NCBI GenBank assembly: GCA_963771175.1
Contig: CAVYSY010000028.1
Coordinates: 32,001-96,000, forward strand
From: an uncultured delta proteobacterium
Lineage (GTDB): Bacteria > Myxococcota > Myxococcia > Myxococcales > Myxococcaceae
DNA: 64,000 bases
Direction: 5' to 3'
Shown here: in pieces, positions 1-11,560 of the stretch
Layout: the number at the start of each line of letters is the position of its first letter
How positions within the stretch are numbered: the stretch's first letter is position 1
Translations under genes and position numbers: made by a program
Notes under the pieces: generated by a model
The model's database searches: none
What the model saw: the letters and a program-made list of their open reading frames with translations, nothing else
What the model was told of the DNA's origin: nothing

Positions 1-342
1 GAGATGCATCCCATCGCCACGGTGGACCGGGGCATGGTGCAGGCCCGGAAGCTGAGGGTGGGCGACAAGGTCCAGACCCAGACCGGCATCAGCCAACTGG
101 TGAGCGTCACCCGCGAGTCGTTCTCCGGGAAGGTGCACAACCTCAAGGTCGGCTCGCCCGAGGAAGCCCTGAAGCTGGGCACGGATCAGACCGTGGTGTA
201 CGCGAACGGCTTCCTCGTCGGTGACGGGCAGATCCAGCAGAAGTACGAGTCCGCCGAGCAGAATGCCAACGCGAAGCTCGACATGCGCACGCGTGTGAAC
301 AAGCGCTGGCTCCAGGACTACGTGAAGAGCGCCACCCGGTAG
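1..342 (+). CDS. 3' end of a Hint (Hedgehog/intein)-domain protein, truncated by the window edge
   Basis: Block-B-like EMHPI, ARKLRVGDKV, block-F VHNLKV and terminal YANGFLVGD motif; stop at 340-342. Confidence 0.7.
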   Translation, partial: EMHPIATVDRGMVQARKLRVGDKVQTQTGISQLVSVTRESFSGKVHNLKVGSPEEALKLGTDQTVVYANGFLVGDGQIQQKYESAEQNANAKLDMRTRVNKRWLQDYVKSATR

Positions 343-385
343 GTGGAACGGCCTCGCGACGAACGCGCGGTCGCACAGGCCAGAA

Positions 386-3300
386 TCAGGCCTGCTTCGA
401 AGCAGCCGGAGCGTGGAGCGTGGCTCGAGGGAGCTCGACGAAGAAAGTCGTCCCCTTCCCGGGCTCGCTTTCCACCCAGATTCGTCCGACGTGCGCCTGG
501 ACGATCTGCCGCACGATGAAGAGCCCGAGGCCGAGTCCGCCGTAATTGTGCGAGGCCGCGCGCTCGAAGCGCTCGAAGATCCTCGCCTGATCCTCTTTGG
601 GAATGCCTATCCCGCAGTCTTCGACCAGCAGCCTCGCCTTTTCTCCCTCACTGCACACCTTCATTCGGATGGGGCGATTCGCTCCGTACTTCATGGCATT
701 CGTCAGCAGGTTCATCACGACCTGCTCGAGGCGAAGCCTGTCCCACTCTCCGACCACCGGGCCCTCGTGCTCCAGCTCGAGAATGCAACCGGCTTTCTTG
801 AGCTGCTCGGAGAGCCGGTCCGCGACCCCCCACGCGACGGCGGCGAGGTCCACCTGCTCCAGGTGCAGCTCGAGCCGCCCCGTGTTGATACGGGAGACGT
901 CGAGGAGCTGATCGACCAGTTGCGCCAACCGCTGTATCTGGTCACTGAAGGTCTCGATCATGCTCGAGACCTTGCCGCCGAGCTGCGGTCCCAGCGGATG
1001 GCGTGCGAGGGAGAGCGCCACTTGCCGGGCGCGCAGTTTCATGGAGGTGAGGGGCGTCTTGAGCTCGTGCGAGGCGATTGACAGGAATTCGTCCCTCACG
1101 CGAATGGACTCCTGGGCTTCGCGGTAGAGCAGGGCATTGTCGATGGCGAATGCCGCCCGGCGTCCCAGTTCCTCCACCAGTGCCAGGTCGGCTGGGCCAT
1201 ATCCACGGCCCGGCTTCGTGGAGAAGAGCGACAGTACGCCGAGGCAGCGCCCCCTGGCCCAGAGCGGCACGTACATGGACGGTCTCCCCTCCAGCTCCCT
1301 CAGTGCATCCCACTGCACCTCCTCCGGGATGGGCTGTCCCAAGAACCCGGGCATCTCCGAGGAGAGCTCCGGCTGGCCGGTGCGGCTCACCCGGTACGGG
1401 ACCGTTGAGACGCTGACGTCCAGCGGGTGGCGCTGGAGGAACTCGCGCACGTGCTCGGCTCGAGACGGGAGGACATCGGACACCGCCACCGGGTGGAGCT
1501 GCCCGTCCTCGTGGAGCGCGAAGATGATGCACAGGTCCGCCAGCAAGGGGACCGTGCGCTCGACGACATTCTGGAACGTGGTCTCGTAGTCGAGCGAGGT
1601 CACCAGCTCCCGGCTGGCCTTGGCCAGGAAGCTCTCCGCCATTTCCATCCGTTTGCGCTCGGTGATGTCCGTGGAGATGCTGCAGAGCGAGTAGGAGGGC
1701 AGGGCCGCGTCTCCGAGGGGAAATTTGACGGAGAGGTATGTGTGCGGGCCGTCGTCGTGGGGCATCGCCTCCTCCCATTCGAGCGATCTGCCTGACTCGA
1801 GCACTTCGAGATCATGGGTCCGGAATTCCTCCGCCAGCTCTTTCGGGAAGACATCGGCGTCGGTCTTGCCGATGAGCTGTTCCGCTGTGACCCCGAAGAG
1901 GTTCTCGAAGCGCCGGTTGATCAGGAGAAAGCGCCCCTGGGCGTCCTTGATGGAGACGAGCGCGGGGGTGTTGTCGATGATCGATTGGAGCTGGCGCTGG
2001 CTTCTGCGCAGCGTCTCCTCCGCCTTCTTGACGTCGGTCATGTCCCTGAAGACGGCGACCCCTCCTCGGATGGTGCCGAGGTCGTCCTTGAGCGGGCGGG
2101 CGGTCACGAGCAGCCATACCCCCGCCGGCCTCGCGGGGTGGCGCATGAAGAGCTCCACCCTGTCCACGGCCTCGCCCCGGATGGCCCGGGCGAGCGGCAG
2201 CTCCTCGGGTGGATGGAGGGTGACCTGGTCGTGCAGGTAGAGGCCGTAGCGGTCCGCCCATTGCTCGAAGGGGATGTCCGTCAGACCGATTCCCACGATC
2301 TGTTCCGCTGCCGGGTTGATGAGCACGAGCCGTCCGCGTTCGTCCGCCACCGCGACGCCATCGCCCATGCTCGTGACAATGGACTGGAGGAGCTGGCCCT
2401 TGGCGTGGAGCGCTTGCTCCGAGCGGGCCAGCGCCGCCGCCCGCTCCGAGGCGGCCGCCTCCGCCTGCTTGCGTTCCCGGATCTCCTCCTTCACCTCGGA
2501 ATAGAGCCTGGCATTCTCGAGGGAGATGGCTGCCTGGGACGCCAGGAGCTCGAGCGTCGCCACCCGGTCCGCGGAGAAGGCGTTCTTCGCCAGGTCGTTC
2601 TCCAGGTACAGGATCGCCACCAGCTCGCCCTGCCTCAAGATGGGCAGGCCCAGAGCGGAGCGGGGCCTCCTCGAAGCGGCGGGGTCGTCCGAGCCAAACA
2701 GCCCCGGGGCGGACGCTTCCCCCAGGATGACCCGCTCTCGGGTCCGCTTCACGTAGTTGATGATGGCTTGGGGCGGAGCCCGAGCCGAGGATGCCGGAGG
2801 GAAGAGCCGGACCACGACCTCCCCTCTCTCGAGCCACGCCTCGGCGCTGATGGACAGCTCCTCTCCCCGGCGCAGCATCAGGATGCCCGTCTGGGCGCCG
2901 GCGTGCTCGATGAGGACGCGCATCAGGGTCTCAAGAAGCCTCTCCAGGACGATCTCACCGGAGATGGCCTGCGAAGCCTTCATCACCGAGAGCAGGTCCA
3001 GTTGCTCCGGGCGCGCCATGACCGTGGCGGTCATGGGGATCACGGGCCGTTCCAGCAGGTCCGGGTAGCGCTCGTCGAGCTGCCGGACCTTCCCGTCGGC
3101 TCCCCAGCGCTCGTAGCAGGCGCGGGCCTTCCGGAGATAGGTATGGGCGAAGGACTCGAATCCCCGCTGGAGGTAGAACCGGGCGGCCAGCTCGTAGGAG
3201 ATGCCCTCGTTCTGGACGAAGCCATTTTCCCGCGCTGACCGGATCGCATCCTCATACAGGTGCATCGCCTCCTGATCTCTACCGAGGAGGCGAGCGATCT

Positions 3301-6300
3301 CCGCGGAGACCAGCGCATGGGTGTTGAAGAAGGTCTCCGGGCAGTTGCTCGCCCACTCCTGGAGCTGCCGCTGATGGGTGGCGAGTGTCTCCAGCTGGCT
3401 CGCACGCTCATCGGGTGGAGCCTTGTCATGGATGGCGGCCAGGGTGAGTGCGTAAAAATAGTAGTAGTCGTGGAGCTGGGGGTGGGCCACCGATGACCAC
3501 AGGAGCTCCCGTGCGCGCGACGCAGCGGCGATGGCCTCCTCGTAATCTCCAGACATGAAGCGGGCCTGCAGCTGGAGGATGTAGTACCAGCAGCTCGCCG
3601 TGGTCGTCCGGTTCTCGCTCAGCCGGGCCTCCAATTCCTCCTGGTCCAGCCTCTCGTCGGTGAAGGTCGAGAAGGTCCGGGTGAGGCCTCGCATGTTCCG
3701 GATGAAGCATTGAATGCTGTCGATGACGTCGACGACACTCTGGAACCTGGCCTTGCGCGCGTAGTCCAGCCGCATCTCGGACTCGCGGTAGACCTCGCTC
3801 AGTGGGACTCCCTGGGTGAGCAGATCCGTGATGATGTGATTGCTGCAGTAACAGGAGACGGCGAGATCACCCGTCTCGTTGCCTATCTGAAATGCGGTCT
3901 TGATGTGGTCGAGCGCCTCCGGGAGTGGCCGGTTCCAAAAGGAGAGCAGCTCCATGAAGAGATGGACCTTGGCCGCGCAGGCGAGGAAGTGGTGCTTCTC
4001 GACGAGGTCGCAGGCCAGCCTCCCGAAGCGGTAGCCGTCCTGGTAGCGGAGGAAGACGGGTCCGAGGATGAGGCCGAACGAGGCATAGCCGGGAGGAGTG
4101 GCGTCGGTGGTGCCATGGCGGAGACTGAGGTTCACCATGTGGCACAGGTGGAGGTAGTACAGGTTGCGGTCCGTGTAGGAAGCCGGGGAGAACAGGACCG
4201 ACAGCACCCTCATGGTGGCTTGGATCTCCGGGTCCGTCGCGAGGGGGAGGTCGATGAGCTCCTCGATGCGACGGCTGCCCAGGTTCGTCCAGATCTTCTC
4301 GTACTCCGCCTCGACCTCGCTCCAGCTGGGGTGGGGCGACATGTGGATGCCGAAGAGCTCGAGGCATTCCAGGGCGGCTTCGACTGCTCTTTCGTTCTCC
4401 GATTTCGTGACATGGAGCTCGACCAGGATGCGATAGGCCGCGGCCTTGTCGACCCGCGTCCTGGCCCGTTCGAGGACCCCGGTGAGCAGCCGCTCCGCTT
4501 CTTCGGTGCCGCCGCTGAGGTACTCGCATTCGGCCAGCTCGTAGTGCAGCGCATACGCCAGGGCGTACTGATCTTCCCAGCAGCGCTCGGTGAGCAGCGT
4601 CATGCCGACGGACAGGTACTTGACGGCGGAGCGGTATGCGGTGGAGGCCTTGGCCTTCCTCCCGGCCAGGAGATCGAGGCCCGCGATCCGCTCCTTCTCC
4701 TCGGGGGAGACGGCGGCGGGGGCACCGAGGTTGAGCTGATTCACGACGTCGAAGATCCGCTCCTCGACCTCCGCTGGCGGGAGGTGGGCCAGGAGGAGGC
4801 GGCCGTTTCGCAGGTGCACCTCGCTTCGTTGGTCCTCGGGGAGCAGGGAATAGGCCGCCTGCTGGACACGGTCGTGAAGGAATCGGTAGGTGTCCCCGAT
4901 GCGCAGCATCAGTCCTTCCCGGACTGCTTCCCATACCTCCTGGTGGATCTCCTCCTCCGGCTTGTCACGAATCATCGCGAGCAGCCTGGCCTCGATGCGG
5001 CCACCGACACTGGCGGCGAGCATCAGCGCGTTCCGGGTCGGAACCGCGAGGCGCTCGAGTCTCTTCACCATCAGCTCGACGACGTTGTCCGTATGGCTCT
5101 TGGCTCGGATTCGGGTGATGTCCCAGGTGCCACGCTCCCGCCGTCCGATCGAACTCCACCAGCCCCTCCTGATAGAGCATCGTCAGGAACTGGATGACGA
5201 AGAAGGGATTGCCCTGGGTCTTCTCGTGGACCAGCCGGGCCAGCGGTTGGGCTGGCGTGGCTCCTGGTGCAGGGTGTCGGCGACGAGCCGGTCGAGGTCC
5301 TCGACGGAGAGCGGTGCAGAGGACGAGCCGCGTCACGACCGCCCTCGTCTTGCGGATCGCCCAGGGTCAGCATCAAGGGATGCGAGGGGCTGACCTCGTT
5401 GTCCCGGTAGGCGCCGATCAGGAGGAGGTACGGGTATCCGGGTGCGGTCGATGCAGGTGCTCGAGCAGCCGCAGGCTGGCCGTATCGGCCCACTGGAGAT
5501 CGTCGAGGAACAGGACCAGGGGGTGCTCCGTCCGTGGCGAACACCCCGAGGAACTGCTGGAAGACCAGGTGGAAGCGGTTCTGCGCCTCGAGCGGCGGCA
5601 GCTCCGGAGCGGGCGGCTGCTTGCCGATGATGAGCTCGAGCTCGGGGACGATGTCGATGATGAGCTGTCCGTTGAGCCCCACGGCGTCCAGGAGCCGCCG
5701 CTCTCCAGGCGGCGATCCGCTCTTCGCTCTCGGCGAGGAGATGCTGCATGAGCTCGCGGAAGGCCTGCACGAGCGTGGCGTAGGGCATGTCACGCTTGTA
5801 CTGATCGAACTTGCCCGAGAGGAAGAGCCCCGCGCCCGTCACGACGGGCTTGTGCAGCTCGCGGACCAGCGAGGACTTGCCGATGCCGGAGTAGCCGGAG
5901 ACGAGCATGAGCTCCGGGGGCCCCGCTGGAGACGACCCGCTCGAAGGCGTCCAGCAGGGCGGCGATCTCCGTTCTCGCGGCCGTAGAGCTTCTGCGGGAT
6001 CTGGAGCCGATCCGAGACGTCATGCGCGCCGAGCGGAAAGGGCGCGATGGTGCCCGTGCGCCTCCCACTGCGCGAGGCACCGTCTCGAGGTCGTACTTCA
6101 GGCCGAGCGCGCTCTGGTAGCGATCCTCGGCCGTCTTGGCCAGCAGCTTTCAGGACGATCGCGGGAGAGCGCCTCGGGAACCGCGGGGACGATGTCGGAG
6201 CGGACTCGGCGGCGGCCGGGCGATGTGGCAGTGCACCCATCCCAGCGGGATCGCTGGCCTGGAAGGGCAGGGTGCCGGTCAGCATCTCGTAGAAGGTGAC

Positions 6301-6900
6301 CCCGAGCGAGTAGAGGTCGGTGCGGTAGTCGACGGCCCGGTTCATCCGGCCGGTCTGCTCGGGAGACATGTAGGCGAGGGTGCCCTCGATGAGCTCGAGC
6401 GGTTGCGCGCCGCCGATGTTCGCGGGGGAGGAGGGAGGCGATGCCCGAAGTCCGGTGAGCTTCACCTCGCCGGTGCCGGGGTGGACGAGGATGTTCTGGG
6501 GCTTGAGGTCCCTGTGCACGACGCCGCGCCGATGGACCTCGGCGAGCGCCTCGGGTGATTCGGATGGCGAGCTCGAGAAAGCGCCCGACCTCCATGGGCG
6601 CGCCGAGGAGTTGAGCTAGAGGGAACGGCCGCCAAAGTCCTCCAGCACCAGGATCAGCCGATCCCGGCTGCGCTCCAGGTCGTACGGTTCACCGCCGCCA
6701 GTCCCCCACCTTCTTCCCGATTTCGTACTCGCTCTTCAGCCGCTCGAGATCCCGGCGGGCGGATGCTCCGAGCGGGGCATCTTGAGCATGACCGGCTGCC
6801 CATCCCGCTCCCTCAACGCGCGGTAGATGACGGTCGAGGCCCCTTCCTGGAGCATTTCGGTTGAGGTGTATCCCAGGAGAATTGGCATACTGGCGGGCAT
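386..6900 (-). CDS. Hybrid Ser/Thr kinase - AAA ATPase - GAF - 2xPAS - GAF - histidine kinase; 5' part (5071-6900) broken by multiple frameshifts
   Basis: HRDLKPQN and GTLAYMSPEQTGR kinase motifs, GYSGIGKS P-loop, KTQGNPFF, GAF/PAS segments, ASHELKTPL H-box and GLGLGL G-box; start ATG at 6900 or 6888 (MPILLGYTSTEMLQEGASTVIYRA). Confidence 0.85.
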
Positions 6901-7195
6901 CTTGAGGATGTTAACAACTCCTCTTGAGCCACCCTGCCTCTGACAGATTCCAAGGCCGCCGGCTCAGCAGGGATCGTGGCGGGTGCTGCAAGGGCCGCAA
7001 GGGCTTGGTTTGGTCTCATGTGGAGCACCCTCCCGGCCGTCAAGGAGCGCTCAACCGGGGAGACGCGGCAGCAGTACGGACAGCCCGAGCTCCGGAGAGT
7101 TTGGATTGGGCCGGAGTGGAGGCGGCGGGCTTCGGACCCGCCGCCCTTTTTCCTCGGCCTGCCTCGGGAAGGGTGTCGGGCCCTCCCCGAAGGGC

Positions 7196-9931
7196 TCAGG
7201 GCTTGAAGACGCCCGTGAACGCCTGCGCGACGTGGTTCGTCACCGAGGACCGGTAGGGATTGCTCGGGTCCGTTCCCGGCCGGTAGTACGAGCTCACCTG
7301 GAGGTAGTAGTTCTCACCCGGCAGGAGGAGCTCGGGAGGCAGGCGAAGCTGCGTCTGGGGCGTGTAGAGGTACGTGACGAGCTGCCGCGAGAGGAAGCTG
7401 CTGCCGGGCGCCGTATAGAGGCGGTACAGGCGCAGCTGGTAGTGGGTCGGCACGCCCAGGGTCGGCGGCGTCCAGCTCACCAGCGGCGTCGTCCCCACTC
7501 CCGTCAGCTTCCCGGTCGCGTCCAGGCCGTTGAGCCGCAGCTCCCGGGCCGGGCCCACCTTCGGGTGGATCGGACGCGTCGCGGCCACCTCCCACGGCTC
7601 CATGGCGAGCACGTAGGACGAGAACGCTCGGGACGAGGAGGTGCTCCCATCCGGCAGCTCGATGGAGTAGCGGACCGAGGCGCTCGCCTGGGTGTAGACG
7701 AACAGGGGCCAGTCTCGCGGGTACGGGTTGCTGAACTCGAAGACCGGGGTGAAGTCCCCCCCACCCGGCGTCCGGACGAAGGCGACGGCGAGATCCGGAG
7801 AGCCCGCGTAGGCGCCAAACTCGGAGTAGCCCAGCAAGGGGTCGATCCCCACGTGCTTGCTCGTCAGCGTCGCGGTGGGGTGGGCGGCGAGCGCCAGGCT
7901 CTCGAACTCGGAGCCGCGAATGTCCAGGGTCTGCGTGGAGGTGGGCAGGGCCTCCATCGTCCCCTGCAGCAGGATGGAGCCCGTGGAGGTGCGCGCCGGA
8001 CCGGAGAACCGGAGGCTCCGGCGCGTCTCCTGGTACTCGATGCCCGTGACCGTGTCGGTGCGGCTGGCGAGCTGGGTGACGTAGAGGGTGTCCTGGGTCG
8101 AGTCGAGCCGGAAGGGCTGGTTGGCGCACCCCCCCGTGAACGCGGCGTAGTCGATGCTGCCCGAGCTGCCCGTGCCGCCCTCGGCGGGAAGGGGGAAGTC
8201 CGTCAGGCCACAGCCGGACGTGGAGATGTAGCCGAGGCCCGCGGTCGCCGAGTGGAATTGCAGGTCATCCTGGGCCTGCCAGGGGGAGAGCCCCTCGAGC
8301 TGCAGCTCGAGCTGCGTTCCCTCGGGCTCGAGCACCTCCTGCGGACGGCCCAACAAGGCCCGGTTGAGGTCGAGGACGCGCTTGTCGGTCCAGATGTATC
8401 TGTTCTCGAGGCGGAGGAGATAGGGCGAGCCTTCCGGCACATCGGGGATGACGAAGGTGCCATGGTCATGGCCGGTGCCTGCACGCCAGACGTAGCCCGA
8501 GCCCTCGGGAACCCAGGCACCCACATCGGAGAAGGACAGGATGTACGGCGAGGGAATGATGGAGCCATCGGGCTGGACGTTGAGGGCGCCGTACTCCCCC
8601 GTCACCATCGTCGGGGCGCACTCGGAGCCCGGGCGCGCGGCGATGGAGAACAGTTGGCTCACCGTGTTGCCGGTCGCGTCCTGGATGGAGGCGGTGACGA
8701 GCACCGGCCCGCTGAAGCAGCCGGGCAGCCGCAGGTACCGCTCGGTATAGGTGGCGCTGTCACGAGGACCCCACATGAAGTCGCCCACGCTCGCCGTCCA
8801 GGAGTAGCGCAGGGGCGTGCCCTCCGGGTCATGCGCGAAGACGCCCATCGTCACCAGCTCGCCCCCGGGGGCCTCCAGGTGGGTCTGCCAGGTGCCATCG
8901 ATCTGGGGAGCGCTGCCCGAAGGGGCCCCGGTGCCAGCATGGAGGATGAGCGAGCCCAGGTGCCGGCCTCCCCGCCCGTCCGAGACTTGCAAACGGAAGG
9001 CGCAGCGGCCGGTGGCCGGCAGGGCGCCCAGGATGAAGGTGGGGCTGGCCAAGGTCGCATCATCGAAGCGGCCCACACAGTCGGAGCCCCAGGAGAAGAG
9101 CAGGGCATCGCCGTCCACATCCGTGACCGAGGCGCTCAGCCGCGCAACACCCCCGAGCACCAGGACGGACGGAACGCCATTCATCGAGGTGATGGTCGGC
9201 CAGGTGTTGAAGCCGGCGGTCACCACGGCGCCCCCGACGGAGCCCGGGCTCACCACGCCGATGTTGATGCTCAGGGTGGCGCTCGCCCCCTTCGAGTCCA
9301 CCACCTCCAACTGGATGCGCTGCGAGCCCTCGGAGGAGGGCGCCGTCCAGGAGGTCACCGCCGACGTGGGCGCGCTGAAGGTGCCCGCGGTGGCGCTCCA
9401 GAGGTAGCGCAGGGTGTCTCCGGTGTTGGCGTCACGCGCGGTGGCCGTCAGCATCACCGTCCCACCCGGCTCCACCGGGTTGGAGGAGACCACCACGGAG
9501 TCGATGCGCGGCGCCTCGTTCTCGAAGGGCGGCGGCACCTCCAGCTGCTGCAGCAGGATGGCGACGCTCGCCGTCCGGCCCGGCTCGATGGACACGGGGC
9601 CCGCCTGGCCCTTGTAGAGGGGCTTCGCGGTCGAATCGAAGGCCGTGGCGACGAAGGTCCGCTCCACGCCCGCCGGGATGTTGGCGATCGTGCCCTGCCA
9701 TGAGCCCCCACTCTGGGAGAGCTCGGCCGACATGGGCAACGAGATACCGGGCCCGGAGACCTCGACGTGGACACGCACCACGTCGGTGCTCGCGAGCGCC
9801 TGCGGCAGCATGACGGTCAGCTCGGCCCGCGCGGTCCGCGTCTCGTTCTCGCCACCACAGGCCGCGAGCACGCCCAGTGCCAGCAGCGTCACCGTGAGCG
9901 CGGCTCGCCTGCTCCAATTGCAATATGACAT
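7196..9931 (-). CDS. Large secreted lipoprotein with PKD/Ig-like domains
   Basis: 911-aa ORF, lipobox VLAAC, repeated 'D.DGD.L.Y.W.A..G.F' PKD-like motifs. Confidence 0.75.
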   Translation of the reverse strand: MSYCNWSRRAALTVTLLALGVLAACGGENETRTARAELTVMLPQALASTDVVRVHVEVSGPGISLPMSAELSQSGGSWQGTIANIPAGVERTFVATAFDSTAKPLYKGQAGPVSIEPGRTASVAILLQQLEVPPPFENEAPRIDSVVVSSNPVEPGGTVMLTATARDANTGDTLRYLWSATAGTFSAPTSAVTSWTAPSSEGSQRIQLEVVDSKGASATLSINIGVVSPGSVGGAVVTAGFNTWPTITSMNGVPSVLVLGGVARLSASVTDVDGDALLFSWGSDCVGRFDDATLASPTFILGALPATGRCAFRLQVSDGRGGRHLGSLILHAGTGAPSGSAPQIDGTWQTHLEAPGGELVTMGVFAHDPEGTPLRYSWTASVGDFMWGPRDSATYTERYLRLPGCFSGPVLVTASIQDATGNTVSQLFSIAARPGSECAPTMVTGEYGALNVQPDGSIIPSPYILSFSDVGAWVPEGSGYVWRAGTGHDHGTFVIPDVPEGSPYLLRLENRYIWTDKRVLDLNRALLGRPQEVLEPEGTQLELQLEGLSPWQAQDDLQFHSATAGLGYISTSGCGLTDFPLPAEGGTGSSGSIDYAAFTGGCANQPFRLDSTQDTLYVTQLASRTDTVTGIEYQETRRSLRFSGPARTSTGSILLQGTMEALPTSTQTLDIRGSEFESLALAAHPTATLTSKHVGIDPLLGYSEFGAYAGSPDLAVAFVRTPGGGDFTPVFEFSNPYPRDWPLFVYTQASASVRYSIELPDGSTSSSRAFSSYVLAMEPWEVAATRPIHPKVGPARELRLNGLDATGKLTGVGTTPLVSWTPPTLGVPTHYQLRLYRLYTAPGSSFLSRQLVTYLYTPQTQLRLPPELLLPGENYYLQVSSYYRPGTDPSNPYRSSVTNHVAQAFTGVFKP

Positions 9932-10114
9932 GTGAGTGATTCCCCCTCAGACAGCGACTCCCGTGCACCCGGCCGGGCTCGGGAGATCGCTCCTCTATCT
10001 AAGCCGCCACAGGGTGGAGTCGCAAGGCTGCCCTTGTCCCCCTTCCATGGGCTGTTACAAGGGGCAGCAGAGACACCGAGGCACCTCCCGCGCCTCCGTT
10101 CAATCGAGGCCCTG

Positions 10115-11497
10115 ATGGATTTTTCCGCGCTCGCTCTTTCACCGCCGCTGCTGCAGGTCCTCGAGGAGTTGGAGTTCCGGACCGTCACGCCCATCCAGGC
10201 CCAGAGCATTCCCGTGCTGTTGAAGGGCAAGGATCTCGTCGGCCAGGCGAAGACGGGAAGCGGGAAGACCGCGGCCTTCTCGCTTCCCATCCTGGAAAAG
10301 ATTCAACTCCAGCACCGGCGAATCCAGGCGCTCGTGCTCTGCCCGACGCGAGAGCTCTGTGCCCAGGTGGCCGGAGAGCTCCGCCGGTTGGGTCGGCGGT
10401 TGCCCGGACTCCAGGTCCTCGTGCTCGCGGGGGGCCAACCGGTCCGGCCCCAGGTGAACGCGCTCGAGAAAGGCGCCCACGTCGCCGTCGGGACTCCCGG
10501 CCGCATCCTGGACCTCCTCCAGCGCGAGGCACTCGACACGCGTCAGCTCGCCACCGTGGTGCTCGATGAGGCCGATCGCATGCTCGACATGGGCTTCCGC
10601 GAGGACATGGAGCGCATCCTCGGCGCGACCCCTCCGACGCGCCAGACCGTGCTCTTCTCGGCGACGTTCCCCCCGGACATCGAGGCGCTGAGCCGCGCCT
10701 TCCAGAAGCAGCCCACGCGCGTGACGGTCGTGGAGGAAGAAGCGGCTCCCGACATCCAGCAGCTCTGCTACCCCTGCGCGCCCGAGGAGAAGACGGCGCT
10801 CCTGCTGCGCATCCTGCGGCAGTACCAGCCGGCCTCCGCCATCGTGTTCTGCAACCTCAAGGCGACGGTGGTCGAGCTGACGCGGGCACTGATCGCGGCC
10901 GGGGTGAGCGCGGACGGTCTCCAGGGAGACCTGGAGCAGATTGAGCGCGACCGCGTCATGGCGAAGTTCCGCAATCACAGCATCCGCGTCCTCATCGCCA
11001 CGGACGTGGCGGGCCGTGGCATCGACGTCGAGGCCCTCGATGCCGTCATCAACTTCGATCTGCCCTCGCAGTCCGAGCCCTACGTGCACCGCATCGGTCG
11101 CACGGGGCGCGCGGGAAGAAGGGGTCTCGCCATTTCCCTCGTCACCCCGGCAGACGAGCACAAGGTCGAGAACATCGAGCACGACACCAAGGTGCAGCTG
11201 GAGCGCGCGAGCGTGGAGACGCTGCCCCCGGCGGCAACCCGTGGGGCGTCACTGGAGTCGACCTGGGAGACGCTCCTCATCTTCGCCGGACGCAAGGACA
11301 AGATGAGGCCGGGTGACATCCTCGGTGCGTTGACGGGAGAGGCCGGCGGGCTGAGTGCCTCCGACGTCGGGAAGATCGAAATCCACGACCATCTCGCCTA
11401 CGTCGCCGTCTCCAAGCGCCTCGTGAACGTGGCACTCCAGCGGCTGCGCGACGGCCGCATCAAGGGGCGCAAGCAGCGCATCGAACGGGTGCGGTAG
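10115..11497 (+). CDS. dbpA: ATP-dependent RNA helicase DbpA
   Basis: Q motif TPIQ, AKTGSGKT, PTRELC, DEAD, SAT, HRIGRTGR, and DbpA C-terminal RNA-binding domain (GRKDKMRPGDILGALT). Confidence 0.92.
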   Translation: MDFSALALSPPLLQVLEELEFRTVTPIQAQSIPVLLKGKDLVGQAKTGSGKTAAFSLPILEKIQLQHRRIQALVLCPTRELCAQVAGELRRLGRRLPGLQVLVLAGGQPVRPQVNALEKGAHVAVGTPGRILDLLQREALDTRQLATVVLDEADRMLDMGFREDMERILGATPPTRQTVLFSATFPPDIEALSRAFQKQPTRVTVVEEEAAPDIQQLCYPCAPEEKTALLLRILRQYQPASAIVFCNLKATVVELTRALIAAGVSADGLQGDLEQIERDRVMAKFRNHSIRVLIATDVAGRGIDVEALDAVINFDLPSQSEPYVHRIGRTGRAGRRGLAISLVTPADEHKVENIEHDTKVQLERASVETLPPAATRGASLESTWETLLIFAGRKDKMRPGDILGALTGEAGGLSASDVGKIEIHDHLAYVAVSKRLVNVALQRLRDGRIKGRKQRIERVR

Positions 11498-11506
11498 AAC
11501 GCACGA

Positions 11507-11540
11507 AGGCCCGCCCTGGGGTGCGCTCCAGGACGGGCCT
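11507..11540. terminator. Hairpin between convergent helicase genes, possible bidirectional terminator
   Basis: Inverted repeat aggcccgccctgg ... ccaggacgggcct directly after the dbpA stop. Confidence 0.5.
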
Positions 11541-11560
11541 CGGGTGAGTGGCGCTCTCGC

